A stretch of DNA of 64,000 nt, taken from NCBI GenBank assembly GCA_016748015.1, contig JAAOMT010000420.1, positions 186,001-250,000 of the forward strand, read 5' to 3'. Of the stretch, positions 40,001-53,449 are shown one piece after another. The notes beneath the pieces were generated by a model. It saw only the letters and a program-made list of their open reading frames with translations, did no database searches and was not told the origin of the DNA. This DNA comes from Geosiphon pyriformis uo1 (lineage: Eukaryota; Fungi; Glomeromycota). Each line of letters starts with the position of its first letter. The stretch's first letter is position 1. Position numbers and translations under genes: made by a program.

Positions 40001-41141
40001 AATCCAAATCTGGGCTGCCTCTGGACTTTCCCAATGATGTGCTTCATCATTCTTCCTTGTACAATTTAAAAACTTTTGAGCAGATTCAGGCTGAAAGCAA
40101 GTCAGCTTCTGTCATTGCTTTTGCGAATTTGGTTGGTGTTTTGGGTTGCTTGTTTTCTCATAGATCTCATGATCTCCAGATTTTCAGCTGGTGCCCTCAT
40201 TACCCTTTGTTGTTTTTTGTTCATTGTTACTGGAGGTTTTTGGTTTCTTCTTAGCTTTTATATGTTTGTTGTAATGCTGTTAATTCATGACTATAGGAAG
40301 TGTTTGAATCTCTGATAACTGAATTTATCCTCAAATTATCTCCTATAATTTGAATTGTTGGGCTTATAGTGGAATGGCCAATTCTGTGCCAGTTACTTTA
40401 TGTAGTTACATTGTAGTAAACATCAACTCTTTCCTAGGAATTGCTCGTCTGAAAGCTTACTAAAATGTGTAGTTACTTTGCTGTGAAAGTCAACTCTTCT
40501 ACAGGAATCTCATCTGTAAGCTATCTTAATGATTGTAATAAGAAAATACAAGAAAATAAAAGAAATGTAAAAGAAATAGAATTCTGTCAAAGGAAACGTT
40601 TTCTATCCAGGCCTAAAGTCACTAACAGTTTACTGAAATTGGTAGCTAATCAATTTTAAAACGTTAGTTAAATTTTTGGAGATTTTCCAAGTGCAATATT
40701 TAAAGAAATTGGTTTTTTGAATTATTTGATATTTTATTTCTTTTTGTGTGTGTAAGAATGGTTCTAAGTGATAAATCTAAAGTAAGATACATTTTCTTGA
40801 AGAGAGAAGCTCTTCTTTTATACAACTTGTCATAACACTATTCTATGAACTCGAACTTTGCTATTTTCTACAATTTTGTTGAACTAAAGATACATTTTGG
40901 CAAACTACAAGTTATTTCTGCAAACTATTAGATATTTTGGTGAACTATCAATTATTTCAGCAAATTTTTACAAATTTTGACAAACTTTTTGAATGTTATA
41001 TAGTTTGGGGTATTGTATGATTGATCATTGCAATTAGGTTATTAGTTAAATGATAATTTTGGACATTTTGCTAATGTAATAAGTGATAATTTGAAACGAT
41101 AATATATGCTAATTAATAATAGGAATAAAGATAATGTTATG

Positions 41142-41861
41142 CTAAATAATATCTCTAATTTCGTCTGGTAACATAACCTCCTCTTCAAGACTGAGCTCCA
41201 TCAAAATCCAAGTACTGTCTGTAATTTCCAGATAATAATCCAAAATTATTGAAGAAATTTGGTCTGAAAATTGTTGAAATTTCAGTTCTATGAGCTTTTC
41301 AATGTATTGAATCTTCAAAGGTTGTAAAATTAGGTTTTGTAGGACATTTTCACAGGTGTGGAATAGATCATAAAGTCTAAGAGCAGCTCTAAGCTTGTAG
41401 TGACTGTTTGTTGGTCCAGCTGTTGTCTTGAATTTGTTGTGGAGTTGTTTCTGAATAGCTTCTTTTGTGAGATTTGCTGTTGTAAGTTCCAGTTTTCATT
41501 TGTAGAGTGTTTTTCCAATGTGGAAATATCTATAGATTGGAGGGTATTCAGTGCTTTTCTTATTGAGACACAGTTGAAGTCTTTATTGAATTGTAACATT
41601 TAGTGGAATACTAATTGAAGTGAGTATTAAGTTTTCTCTTAAAGCAAGCTTTAAAAGTTCTGGCAGATGAATTCCAGAATAATTTTTTGTGTTCTTCTTA
41701 TACGAGTGATATTTTCATGCATTTGGGGCTAAATTTGTAACTACTTCTGTTTGGGTATAATTAATGTGGTTTCCAGTAACAGTAATGGATAATTCGGGTA
41801 TTGTTTTTAAAGCTAACTTTAATTTTTGGAATAATTGTTGAATGTTTTGAGGAATAATCAT
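41142..41861 (-). pseudogene. A2 accessory ORF3
   Basis: ATG at 41861, 720 nt to TAG inside the LTR; colinear with A1 ORF3. Confidence 0.8.
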
Positions 41862-41983
41862 TATAAGAGATTTAAAAATAAAAGAAAATTATTTTTGGTG
41901 TATGAGTTTTTATATTATTTTTGTTTTGTTTTTGTGAGATTGTTTCTAAATTATAAGGAGATAACTATAATAATAAATTTAAA

Positions 41984-43367
41984 TTAAGTGTTCAAGTTGG
42001 AGGGTTGTTCAATAACAACTATTGGTTCTAAATTTCAGAGAATATCTTTGGGATTGATTAAAAGGGAATGTGTACCAATTTGTAAAATTAATGATTCAAG
42101 ATTGTTTCTAGAATTATAGTGTTTCAAACAATCTCTATGTACAACTTTTGCTAGGATTTTGTCATCAAGTCTTAGCTTGTATAATTCATTGCCTAGAATT
42201 TCATGGATAAAAATGGTCTATCCTATTTATTTTTAAATTTTCCACTTCATTGTTTTTCAGCTTTAGTTCTGTGTAAGAGAACTTTGTTTCCAATTTAAAT
42301 TTATTGGTAACTGGAGGCAATTTGTTGTCATGCTGTTCTTTTTGTTGAGCTTGGAAGTGTCTAATATGGGTGGCTGCTATTTGTTGTTTTCCTTCCAACG
42401 TGCTAAGCAGAGTGTAGGCTCTTCATTGTAGTGTTTTCTGAAAGTTGTCTTTATTAATTGGTTGTACTGAGTATGTTTCTATTGTGAAACTAATTGGTAA
42501 TATTGTTGTCTTTCTGTAGGTTAAATCAAATAATGTGTGTTTTGTGGTATCTTGTTTTAGTGTTTTATATGCTAGTAACACTAATGGAATAAAGAGATCT
42601 CATTCTTGCTCAAAATTGGTTGAGACTTTGGCTAATGATTTACACAATGTTTTGTTGAAACATTCTACAAGTCCATTTGTTTGTGGATGGTAGGGCGAAG
42701 ATAATGGTCTCTTAACATTAAATCATTCACAAATTTCCTGGATTAAATTGTTCACAAAATGTGTTCTTTGATCAGATAAAAGTTTTATTAGGCATTTATG
42801 TCTACAAATAATGTCTTTGTAGATGAAATTTGCTACTGATTTTGCATCTGCTCGTTGAATGGTTCTGGCTTCGGGCCATTTGGTAAGATAGTCTACAGCT
42901 ACTGCAATATAACAGTTTCTTTGGTTTGTGATAAGTAGTGGTCTGACTAAATTGATACCAACTCGGTCAAAAGACTGTGCAATTTTGATTGGATTTAAAA
43001 GTTCTGTAGGACAAGTTCCTCCTCTTCTTTAACAACTATCATAAGACTTAATGTATTCATGAATGTCTTTTCTCATTTGAAGCCAAAAATAATATTCTAG
43101 TGTTTTCTGGGTGGTGCTGTCTTTTCCTAGGTGTGCTAATAAAGGGTCTGAGTACATGTTATATAAAATGGTTTCTTTTTTATGTTCTTGTATTAATCTG
43201 AGTGGATTGTCTGGGTTTCTGAAGTTTTGATAATAAATCATGTTGTTGTGTAAGAGGTATTGTTTGGCTTGTTGTTGTAACTAATGTTTTTTATCTGGAG
43301 ACCAATCTGTTGGGATTGTTAATGTCTCCAAATATTGTTTAAGATTGTTGTAGTTTTCAGGATTCAT
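41984..43367 (-). pseudogene. A2 integrase ORF
   Basis: ATG at 43367 (MNPENYNNLKQYL); ORF 43029-43241 is the zinc-finger region; frame differs from RT-RH. Confidence 0.88.
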
Positions 43368-43413
43368 TGTTTGTTGTTTTGTTATTAATTCAAATGGGTG
43401 TTGGTTTTGTATT

Positions 43414-46400
43414 TTAATCTTGTCTTATTCTTAAGTGACAATCAACATTGGTGTGGAGTTTTCCTGGTTTGTGGTGTATAATGTATTGGTAGTTGGTTAA
43501 AAATTCTGTCCATCAGGTTTGTTTTGCATTTAGCTGAGTGTTTTTGTTCTGAAGCCATTTGAGTTCAATATTATCAGTGATAATATCGAATTTTTTGGGT
43601 CTGAGGTAAAAGTTGAAGTGATATAGGGCCCAGATTACTGCTGCAGTTTCTAATTCTGTTGTAGGGTAGTTCTTTTTGGCTGGTTTCAATGTCCTGCTAG
43701 CATAAGCAATTACTTACTCATTTCCATTGTCATTTAACTGTGATAAGATGGCACCAAAAACAGTATAAAAGGCATCTGTTGTTAACTGGAATTGGTTGCT
43801 AAAATCTGGGTAGACAAGAATTGGAGCTGTCATTAATTTTTCTTTGAGGATTTCAAATGCGTTTTGGTGTCCAGCAGTCTATTTGTATTCGACATTTTTG
43901 GTGGTAAGCTGGTTGAGAGATTTTGCAATTTCTGAGAATCTTTTGATAAATTTCCAATAGTAGGAGGCTAACTCTATGAATCCTCTTAGTTCTGTAGTGT
44001 TTTGAAGAGTTTTGAAGTTTTTGACAATGCTGATTTTTCCAGGATCTGGTTTGATTCCATTTTTACTAACGATATAACCAAGGAAGGCCAAGCTTGTTTT
44101 TCCAAAGTAGCATTTTTTGATGTTGAGTTTCAGTTCTGCTTTTCGTAATTGTTGAAAAACTTCTCGTAGGTGTTTTAAGTGTAATTCGAACAATGGAAAA
44201 TAAACATCAGTATCGTCAAGATAAATGACTACTGACTTTTAAAGGAGTTTTTTGTACACAATATCTATTAATCTCTGAAATGTTGCTGGTGTATTGCATA
44301 ATCTGAAAGGCATTATATTGAATTCATAATTTTCTCTTTGAGTGGTGAATGTTGTTTTGGAGCAATCTTTGAGATCTATGGCAACTTGTTAGTATCTACT
44401 CTCTAAATCTAATGTCGAAAAGTATTTGGCCTTTTCAAGGGCATCCAACATATTATCAATTTGGGGAAAAGGATAGGCATCTCCAATGGTAACACCATTG
44501 AGTTGTCAATAATCAACACAAAATCGTATCTTTCCATTTTTCTTTTTAACTAGGACCACAGGTGAGGCCCATGGATTCATTGATGGCTGAATAAGCCTAT
44601 TGTTAAGCATCCGTTGTATTTTATTTCAGATAAATTGGTGACTTTCTGGAGTGACTCAGTAGGCTTGTTGTCGCCTTAGTTTGGCATTTCCAGTATAAAT
44701 TTGGTGTTGTACCAAATCAGTTCTTCCTAGGTTATTGTTGTTCTCAGTGAAAATATCGGCAAATTCTGCTATTAGCTCTTTAAGCTGTTTTTGCTGGTAT
44801 GGTTCTAGTTGTCTCATGTTGATTCGAGATAGTTTTTCCATAACAACATGGTAGATTTTGGAGCTTGGTCTAGGACTAATTTTTGGTAAAAAGTGTTTGA
44901 TGATTTCTGAGAAATTTAAAACTATTTGGGATTGTTCTCACTGAAAAATGTTGCTGTGAATAACTCTTATTTCTAACTTGTTCAACAAAATAATGGGTTG
45001 ATGGTTGAGATTGTAAAAAGTAACTTGGACTTTCTTTGCTCCTCTTGGAACATAGATGTTTGGAATTGAAATGTTGTGTTTTAAGCAAATTTGTTCATTG
45101 GATTTGAAGATTTGTTGGGTAGTCATAGAGTTTTCACATGTGTAAACTTTGTGATGTTCTTCAAAGGGTGGAATGGTAATTGGTTGTAGAAGTTGTAGAA
45201 GCTGGTGAAATTCTTTCTGTTCATTGAGAGCTATGTTTACTGGAACTGTGAATCATCCAGTTGAACCAAAACCTTGTGTTCCTCTTTCGCTTTTTCCCAA
45301 TTGTTCTCTTTGATTGACTAACTGTAAACCCGAAATGTTGATTAAGAGTAAATAGATAACTTGAGCAATTTTTTTGGCATGTTCAATTTTGAAAGATTTA
45401 TCAGTTTCATTTTGGAGTATTATTGTTATGTTACCAATATATCCAGCATCAATTATTTCTCCTCTGACATTAATTCCTTTACTTGCCAAAGAGGACTGGG
45501 AGACAATTTGAATCATTGCTCCTGGCAGGATTTTGAGGGCAATTTTGAGGTTGATTTTTGTGAGAGATTTGGGTTTGAGAACAAAAGTATCCTTGTTTGG
45601 ATATCTTAGGTCATATCCAGCATCAATTTCATATGCTTTTTTGGATTTTATTCCTTGTCTGTTGTTGTTGAAGTATTTGAGTTGTAAGGCAGGCTGATTT
45701 TCGATGAGATAGATGGGTGTTGCTTCAATTTCTTCTGTTGCTTCAGGTTCTCCAAATTCAATTTCGTTTTCATCATTTTCACTGGGTAGGGGAATGCTAA
45801 GAGCATAGCATTCAGGGCACTATTGCTCATCGCAAGGCATTATGCATTCTTCACACAATTTAATGTTTATTTGCTCTAGCCATTAAGCTTGAGCTTCTTT
45901 GGTTGGATAAGTGTGACTGGCAATTTGGTGATATACTTTTACTTCATTTTCATAGTTGTATCCAGCGATTTCAAAGGTGTATGCAATGTATTCTGATTCT
46001 TTCATTTGACGAACATTTTCTTGAGTGGCTCCATTGATTAAAGCTATTGCTAGATTGAAAATCATTTTGGCATCATAAGGGTAATAGTACAATTTGTTAA
46101 GAGCGCTGTTGTAAGCAGCATTGAAAGGGGTTCCTTTTGTTACTTTTTCTGAGATTAAAAGAGCATATTGGCATGTTTGATCGCAGACTCCTCCTCTGAA
46201 TGCAACATTAATCCAGTTACATTCATCAGGTAATTGTTCTCCACAAGTCAAACAGGGTGTTTCGTCCCATTTTTCACTTCTTTTAACTAGGTGTTCTCAT
46301 AGTTCTCAGTGACAGGATTTGCAATAGTAACAGATATAGTTTCCATATTCTTCCTCGGGTGAAATACAAGCTCTCATTGATGAGAGTTTCTTGTGGCAAT

Positions 46401-49045
46401 CTTTGTATTTGAATGGAATGTAAGGATGTTGTTTTCATGGTTCTGGTTTTAAATAGAGGACATTCCATCTGGATGTCACTGGTTCTTTTGTTTCAAGAGA
46501 ATCGTTTGTTGAAAAATACTGTTGTTCAGTTTCATCAGCCCAATTGGAGGTTGATCCAAGTGCCATAAATGTTTTAATGATGGGTTTTTCTTCTTCCAGT
46601 TCGAATTCAAAAGCTGGGGCTTTTTCAGAGCATTTGTTGAATGTACCACAAGTGGCAGGTATCTGGGCGTGTTGTTCTTGATAAGAGATTGTTAACTCTT
46701 GTGTCTCCCAATTCAAATTAGCATTGGCTTTTTGGAGCCAATTGTTTCCAATGAGAGCTTGGTATTGGAGAGCATCCATGACCAGAACTTTGACTGGAAT
46801 GGTGATTCTGTTAATTGTGAATGGGAAGTTGTCAATTTCTCCTACTGGAGTCTTTTTCATGCCATCAGCAGTGACAATGATTGTCTAAGCTGGTCAGTCA
46901 ATGTTTCTTTTTAGCTGCTGCATCAATTGATATGTAATGATGCTTCTAGCAGATCCACTGTTTAGGATCAAGTGAATTGGCTTTTTTTCTGCTTCAGCTT
47001 CTGTGTATATTGCAGTGATGGCTTTTTGCTCGTTAGCTGCTGCATTGCTAAGCAAGAATGGTGATTTATTTGCTTCAAATTCAAAAGGGAATATATCTGA
47101 AAGATTGGTATTTTCAGCAATTCTGGCTGGTGGGATTGTGGTAGAAGTATAGGAAGGGTTTTGTTGTTGTGCTGCAGCTCTACCTTCTGAGAGTGCAGTA
47201 TGGCGAAAATCCTGTTCTTCTGGCATCATAAGATAACTAGGTTGAGTATAATAGTAGTTGGGTTTTGGTTGAGCTGAATTTTGGGGAACTAATTGGTTGT
47301 TCGAATTGATTCTATTGTTGTTTACTTGGTATTGGTTTTGTGGTGTGAACTGATTTTGTGGAATCAATCTTCAAGCAGGAACTTGATAATGTTGTATGAG
47401 TGGTTGTTGGTATTGCTGTTGGATTGGCTGTGGGGTGGGCTGATAATAGTTACTTTGGTATTGGGGTCTTGGTAGATAATAAGCTGGTGGTGGTGGTTGA
47501 TAATAAAATTGCTGTAATGGAGGGTAATGTTGATTACTCCTATTTTGTTGGTCTCATTGTAGCTTTCTGCAATTTTTTTTCCAGTGGCCAGGAATTCTAC
47601 AGTAATGGCAATTTTGAGGCTGGTTATTAGAAAGTGGTGCAAAGTTATTTTAATTTTGTCTTTGGGGTGGTTGATATCTTTGGAGTTGTTGTTGTTGTTA
47701 TTGGTTGGTGAAGTAGTTTTCAACTTTCTTGGTTAATTGGTCAATTTTTTTTTCAGCTGCTGAGCTGGTTTCTCCAATAGCCAGGTTAACAAGTTTGGTA
47801 CAGTTGGCTTTTTCCATGGCCATTTCATAGTTTTTCGCCTGTTGAATAGCAGTGGCTAAATCTTCTGGTGCATGTGGGTGAACTTTTTTAATAAGTTTGT
47901 CTTTTAGTCCAGCAATGAATTGATCCAAGATTTGTGTATTGGAGTAGTATTTATTGGTTTTTAATTGCCGAATCCTTCTAAGCAGTTTGTTGAATTTCCC
48001 AAGATAGGTCATAACTGATTCACTTGGTTCTTGCTTGATATTTCGGAACCAATTTCAAATGGTAATGGAAGTGTTATTGTCAGTGAACTGTTCTAGAAAA
48101 GCAGTTTTGAATGCTTCTCAATATTCTGGTGGGGCTTCCAAGTTTTCAAACCATTCACCAGCTGTTCTTTATAAGAAGTATGAAATTGTTTTTAACATTC
48201 TAGCAGTGTTCCAATCATTTGCATCTCCTGCTTTTGAGACTTTGTCAAGCCATTCTTGAAGACTGGTTTCACTGTCTTCTCTTGTGAATTCAGGGATTTT
48301 TGCAATATATGTGGAGGTCATTTCTTCTTTATTTTCTGAGTCTTCTATTTCTTGTTCTGATTCAGTCTCTTCACTTCAATTTTCTGCTAAGTAGTCAATA
48401 AGGTTTGTGTTAATTAATATTGGTTTCTGTTGTTGAATAGGGCTTTTGGGTAACTGAAAATCTTCTATTCTTGAAAACTGAATAAGTGGTGAGCTTGGTG
48501 TTTACAGTTGAGCAAATGAAGCTGGAAATGGTGTGATTGAGAGTGGTAATTTAAAGCTGGCTCCTTGTTCTGGAGTTTGTAAATGTTTGGCAATAGTTTT
48601 AAGTGTATTGGGAATAGTTCTGAGTTTTTGTTTTCTTTTTCCTTTTCCTTCTTCTGTTTCCAATTCAAAACTAAGAGAAAATTTCTGTTCTACTGAATAA
48701 TTCTCTTTACAATACTGAATGATATTGAAGTTGAGTTCTTGGAAGTATGTTTCAAGTGTTTGACTGTTAAAATCCTGAGTGTTTAGACAAGAGTGATGTA
48801 CTAAGCTTTCATATAAGTTGTGTCTAACTTCTGAAATATTGTAGTCTCCAAAAAGATAATTGTTGATGTGATTTTCAATGTACTGGTAAAGTGTTTTCTT
48901 GAATGTTTCAATTCCATCTAGAATGTTAAATCTCTGTTTGCAGTGGGTGTAGATTGACTGATAATACTCTAGAGTTCTTGAATCTGTTTGAGTTGCCACT
49001 TTTGAAGTTGTTGTCACTGTGTTATTTCCGTGGAAAAGTACCAAA
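43414..49045 (-). pseudogene. A2 single-frame Gag-PR-Cys-rich-dUTPase-RT-RH polyprotein
   Basis: Homologous ORF fragments starting at 49044, 48012, 47367, 46860, 46251, 45516, 45126, 44841 and 44193 all share one frame, which ends RIRQD* at 43416-43414. Confidence 0.9.
45256..45640 (-). pseudogene. dUTPase domain within the A2 polyprotein
   Basis: Motifs AGYDL (1), S(Q)SSLA (2), GEIIDAGYIG (3), KIAQ (4), RGTQGFGSTG (5). Confidence 0.9.
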
Positions 49046-51262
49046 TATTACTGGAGGTTTTTGGTCTCTTTTTAGCTCTTGTATGTTTGTTGTAATGCTA
49101 TTAATTCACAACTATGGGAAGTGTTTGAACCTTCGATAACTGAATTTATCCTCAAATTATCTCCTATAATTTGAATTGCTGGATTTATAGTAGAATAGCC
49201 AATTCCATGCCAGTTACTTTATGTAGTTATGTTGTAGTAAATGTCAACTCTTTCCCAGGAATTGCTTGTCTGGAAGCTCACTAAAATGTGTAGTTACTTT
49301 GCTGTAAAAGTCAACTCTTCTACAAAAATCTTGTCTGTAGGCTACCTTAATGATTGTAATAAGAAAATACAAGAAAATAAAAGAAATGTAAAAGAAATAG
49401 AATTCTGTCAAAGGAAACATTTTCTATCCAGGCCTGGAGTTACTAACAGTTTACTGAAATTGGTAGCTAATTAATTTCAAAACATTAGTTGGGTTTTTGG
49501 AGATTTTCCAAGTGCAATATTTAAAGAAATTGGTTTTTTGAATTATTTGATATTTTATTTCTTTTTGTGTGTGTAGAAATGGTTCTAAGTGATAAATTTA
49601 AAGTAAGATACATTTTCTCAAAAAGAGAAGCTCTTTTTTTATACAACTTGTCATAACACTATTCTATAAACTTGAACTTTGCTATTTTCTACAATTTTGC
49701 TGAACTAAAGATACATTTTGACAAACTACAAGTTATTTCTGCAAACTATTAGATATTTCAGTAAACTATTAATTATTTCGGCGAATTTCTACAAATTTTG
49801 GCGAACTTTTTGAATGTTACATAGTTTGGGGTATTGTATGATTGATCATCACAATTAGGTTACATTTGTGTTATGTACAAATTGGGTTATTAGTTAAATA
49901 ATAATTTTGGACATTTTGCTAATGTAATAAGTGATAATTTGAAATGATAATATATGCTAATTAATAATAGGAATAAAGATAATGTCATGCTTAATAATAT
50001 CTCTAATTTTGTCTGATAACATTGTATTAGAGTCAGCCCTTTAAACAACTTTTTGGCAGGTGTGGTTTGTATTTTTTCTGGGTGTGATTTGTCTTTGGGT
50101 GGCTTTCTGGCTGGTGTTTTTTGTCTTTGAAGTGGTACTCCTATGTCTCTAGTTCTCGGTGAGATGATTTTCTTCAAATGTGTCTCTTCTCTCAGGCATT
50201 ATGATATTGCCTTCATAGAACAGCTTTGTGACTGGAATGGCATTGTTTTTGATTGGGCAATTTTCAGGCATTGAAAAAGACTGGATTCCCCTGGCCCAGT
50301 CTTCTCCTGGTTTGATCTCTCTGTTCGTTTTATTGGTGGTATAGCTTTTCTTTCTGGTTGTTCTTCTCATGAAGGTGGTTGTGGCTCTTCTGACATTTGT
50401 TAGTCTCTTGGTTTTGGTGTTATTTGTAATGATTTGTTGAATGTTGGTGCCACCCACCTCTCTGTTTACACAGATGGATCACTAAGTAACTTGGACATTG
50501 TTGACATGTTGGCTTATGCTGCAGTTTTCTTTGAGGACATTAATTTGGGTCTGGGTGTGGGAGTTTCTGGTTTGGTTTCTTCTACTTTGATGGAGTTGCA
50601 GGCCATTGCTTTAGCTCTTGAGTGTGTTCCTTCTTTTTGTTTGGTTGACTTGTTCTTGGACAGCCGGCAGCTATAGATGCTTGCAGATTGGAGTCTTTAT
50701 CAGTTGGCCCTGATTTCAGGAATTGTTGTTGGATTGAGCATCGTCACATCACCAATGTCATTTGTCGCAAAAATTTGGATGTTAATTGGATTAAGGTTGA
50801 GAGCCATTCAGGTGTTTTAGACAACAAATGTGCTGATGTGCTGGCTAAAGATGCTGCCCTTTCTGCCTGACACCTGCCCCACTTGGTCAGTGAGAGGTTT
50901 TTGAAGGCTGGTATTGATACGGTTTCTGGTAATTCAAGACATTTTGTTTGTGACGTATTCAGATCAATCTATTACACGTGTTGGAAGGTTGGTTCTGGTT
51001 CCCGGGTTGTTCTAGGTTGTTTGTGTGCTGATATTGACTGGCTGAAGTCTTTTTTGGTGTGACACCCGAATTCTCACATAGCAATTGGTTTTACTAGTAT
51101 TTGGATAGCTGGCTTTCATACATATTTCATGAAAGCCCTTCATCATCATCTTTCTGTAGCTGTGCAAAAGTGTCTGTATGATAGAGGTTATCCCAATGTA
51201 GTTTGTTTGTTCTGTGGTGAGGTTGAAGTCTCAGATCATGTCTTTTCTTGCTCTTCTGACAC

Positions 51263-52335
51263 TGTTATGGGTAAACTTGGTGGGTATGGGAAATAGTAAT
51301 GTTTGGTGCTCTCAATTATTGATGATGTGTTTTCTGTATAATTTTGTTGGCTATAGTCTTGATTATCAGTCTCTGAAAATCTATTCCTGGATGTGAATTT
51401 ATCTGTTGAGTTTTTTGGTTATAAGACACAGAGTTTGTCTTTTGTCAATTACAATATTTTTCGTAAATGTGAGCTTTCTTCTCCGAGTTAACGAGTGCAG
51501 TTGTTAGGGTCTGGCATTGTCTTTTTGCCCTTCTGGTAAGCTAACAAGATAATGTTAATATCCAAAACTTAAGGGGAGCTTCTCTTTTTTACCAGGCTAT
51601 CACGAAGTCTATTCTCAGACAGTTGATTTTACTATGTTGCTGCTCCACCAAAATAGACAGAAAAAGAAAAAAAAAGAAAAAAGAAAAGAAAAAGAAAGAG
51701 AGAAAAGATAAATTAGTATCGTCAATTGCCGTGATCAAGAGTGATTGGTCCAAATTGTTAATAGATTTGAGGCGGTTATGCTAAAAGCATCTGTCCTAGA
51801 ATGGAGGGACGAGACAAGAGTTAATTTATGTAAATTCCATGAAGTTCGAGAACATGAATTCATGATTCTGATTTCTTTTAATAATTGGTTTATTTCAGAA
51901 GATGAAATAGAGAAGATAATAAAGGATGAAGGGGTATGGATATTTAATTCTTGTCTAGAGGTTTGTATCTATCTGTCTGTCTTTTCTCACTTCTACAACT
52001 ACTTGCTTTTATACATTCTTTTGGTTTTACAGGATTGCTTTCAATTGTCTTGCTATTACTAGCTATTGCTTTGTTGTTTCTGTTATTGTTTCATTTTTCT
52101 ATATTATCGCTAGTTATCCTATGTTATAACATATTATCTGATGTTATTACATGTTATTCTGTGTTATTCTGCATTATAACACATTATCCTACGTTATTGC
52201 GCACTATTCTGTGTTATAGCACATTATCCTACGTTATAATGTGTTATCCAATATTATTGCACATTATTTTGTGTTATGTTACATTTTGGTCATGTTTTTT
52301 CATAACTTTGGATTGGTTTTTCAACTCGGGTAACA
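51263..52335 (-). mobile_element. Family B solo LTR (1073 bp)
   Basis: TGTTAT...GTAACA; TSD ACAC/ACGC. Removal restores LINE frame SDADIRAD. Homologous to 34127-35121. Confidence 0.9.
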
Positions 52336-53449
52336 ACGCTGATATTCGCGCTGATTTGTTGGACACTTATGCAGCTGTCTGAGAGGTGCATTCTGGTCTG
52401 TCTTGCTCTTTTTTGTGTGTATCACAGTTGTTGTTAACTTGCATTTCAGATGTAACTGTCAGTATGATGTTACCAGACAAAATTAGAGATATTGTTTAGC
52501 ATGAAATTACCCTTATAAATCTTATCATTAATTAGCATATATTATCGTTTCAAATTATCACTTATTATATTAGCAAAATGTCTGAAATTATCATTTAATT
52601 AATAACCCAATTTGTACATAACACAAATATAACCTAAGTGCAATGATCAATCATACAATACTCTGAAATATGTAACATTCAAAAGTTCACCAAAATTTGT
52701 AGAAATTTGCTGAAATAATTGATAGTTTACTGAAATATCTAATAGTTTGTAGAAATAACTTGTAGTTTGCCAAAATGTATCTTTAGTTCAGCAAAATTGT
52801 AGAAAAGAGCAAAGTTCAAGTTCATAGAATAGTATTATGACAAGTTGTATAAAAGAAAAGCTTCTCTCTTCGAGAAAATGTATCTTACTTTAGATTTATT
52901 ACTTAGAACTATTCCTACACACACAAAAAAAAATAAATACCAAATAATTTAAAAAACCAAATTCTTTAATTATTGCACTTGGAAAATCCCCAAAATCCAA
53001 CTAACGTTTTGAAATTGATTAGCTACCAATTTCAGTAAACTGTTAGTGGCTCCAGGCCTGAATAGAAAACGTTTCTCTTAACAGAATTCTATTTCTTTTA
53101 CATTTCTTTTATTTTCTTTCTTTTATTTTCTTATTCTAATCATTAAGGTAGCCTACAGATGAGATTCTTGTAGAAGAGTTAACTTTCACAGCAAAGTAAC
53201 TACACATTTTTAGTGAGCTTCCAGACAAGCAATTCCTGGGAAAAAGTTGACATTTACTACAACATAATTACACAAAGCAACTGGCACAAAACTGGCCATT
53301 CTACTTATAAGCCCAGCAGTTCAAATTATAGGAGATAATTTGAAGATAAATTCAGTTATCGGAGGTTCAAACACTTCCCATAGTCATAAATTAACAGCAT
53401 TACAATAAACATACAAGAGCTAAGAAGAGACCAAAAACCTCCAGTAACA

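Larger units (their letters stand above)
40225..50021 (-). mobile_element. Full-length Gypsy A2 (degenerate)
   Basis: LTRs 40225-41173 and 49046-50021; PPT 41177-41186; PBS 49028-49043; TSD TCAT/TTGT, both derivable from TCGT. Confidence 0.95.

Noticed and set aside
52875-53012. uORF MYLTLDL... in the family A LTR
   Set aside because: Single-base indels between A1, A2 and A3 break the frame, so it is not conserved.
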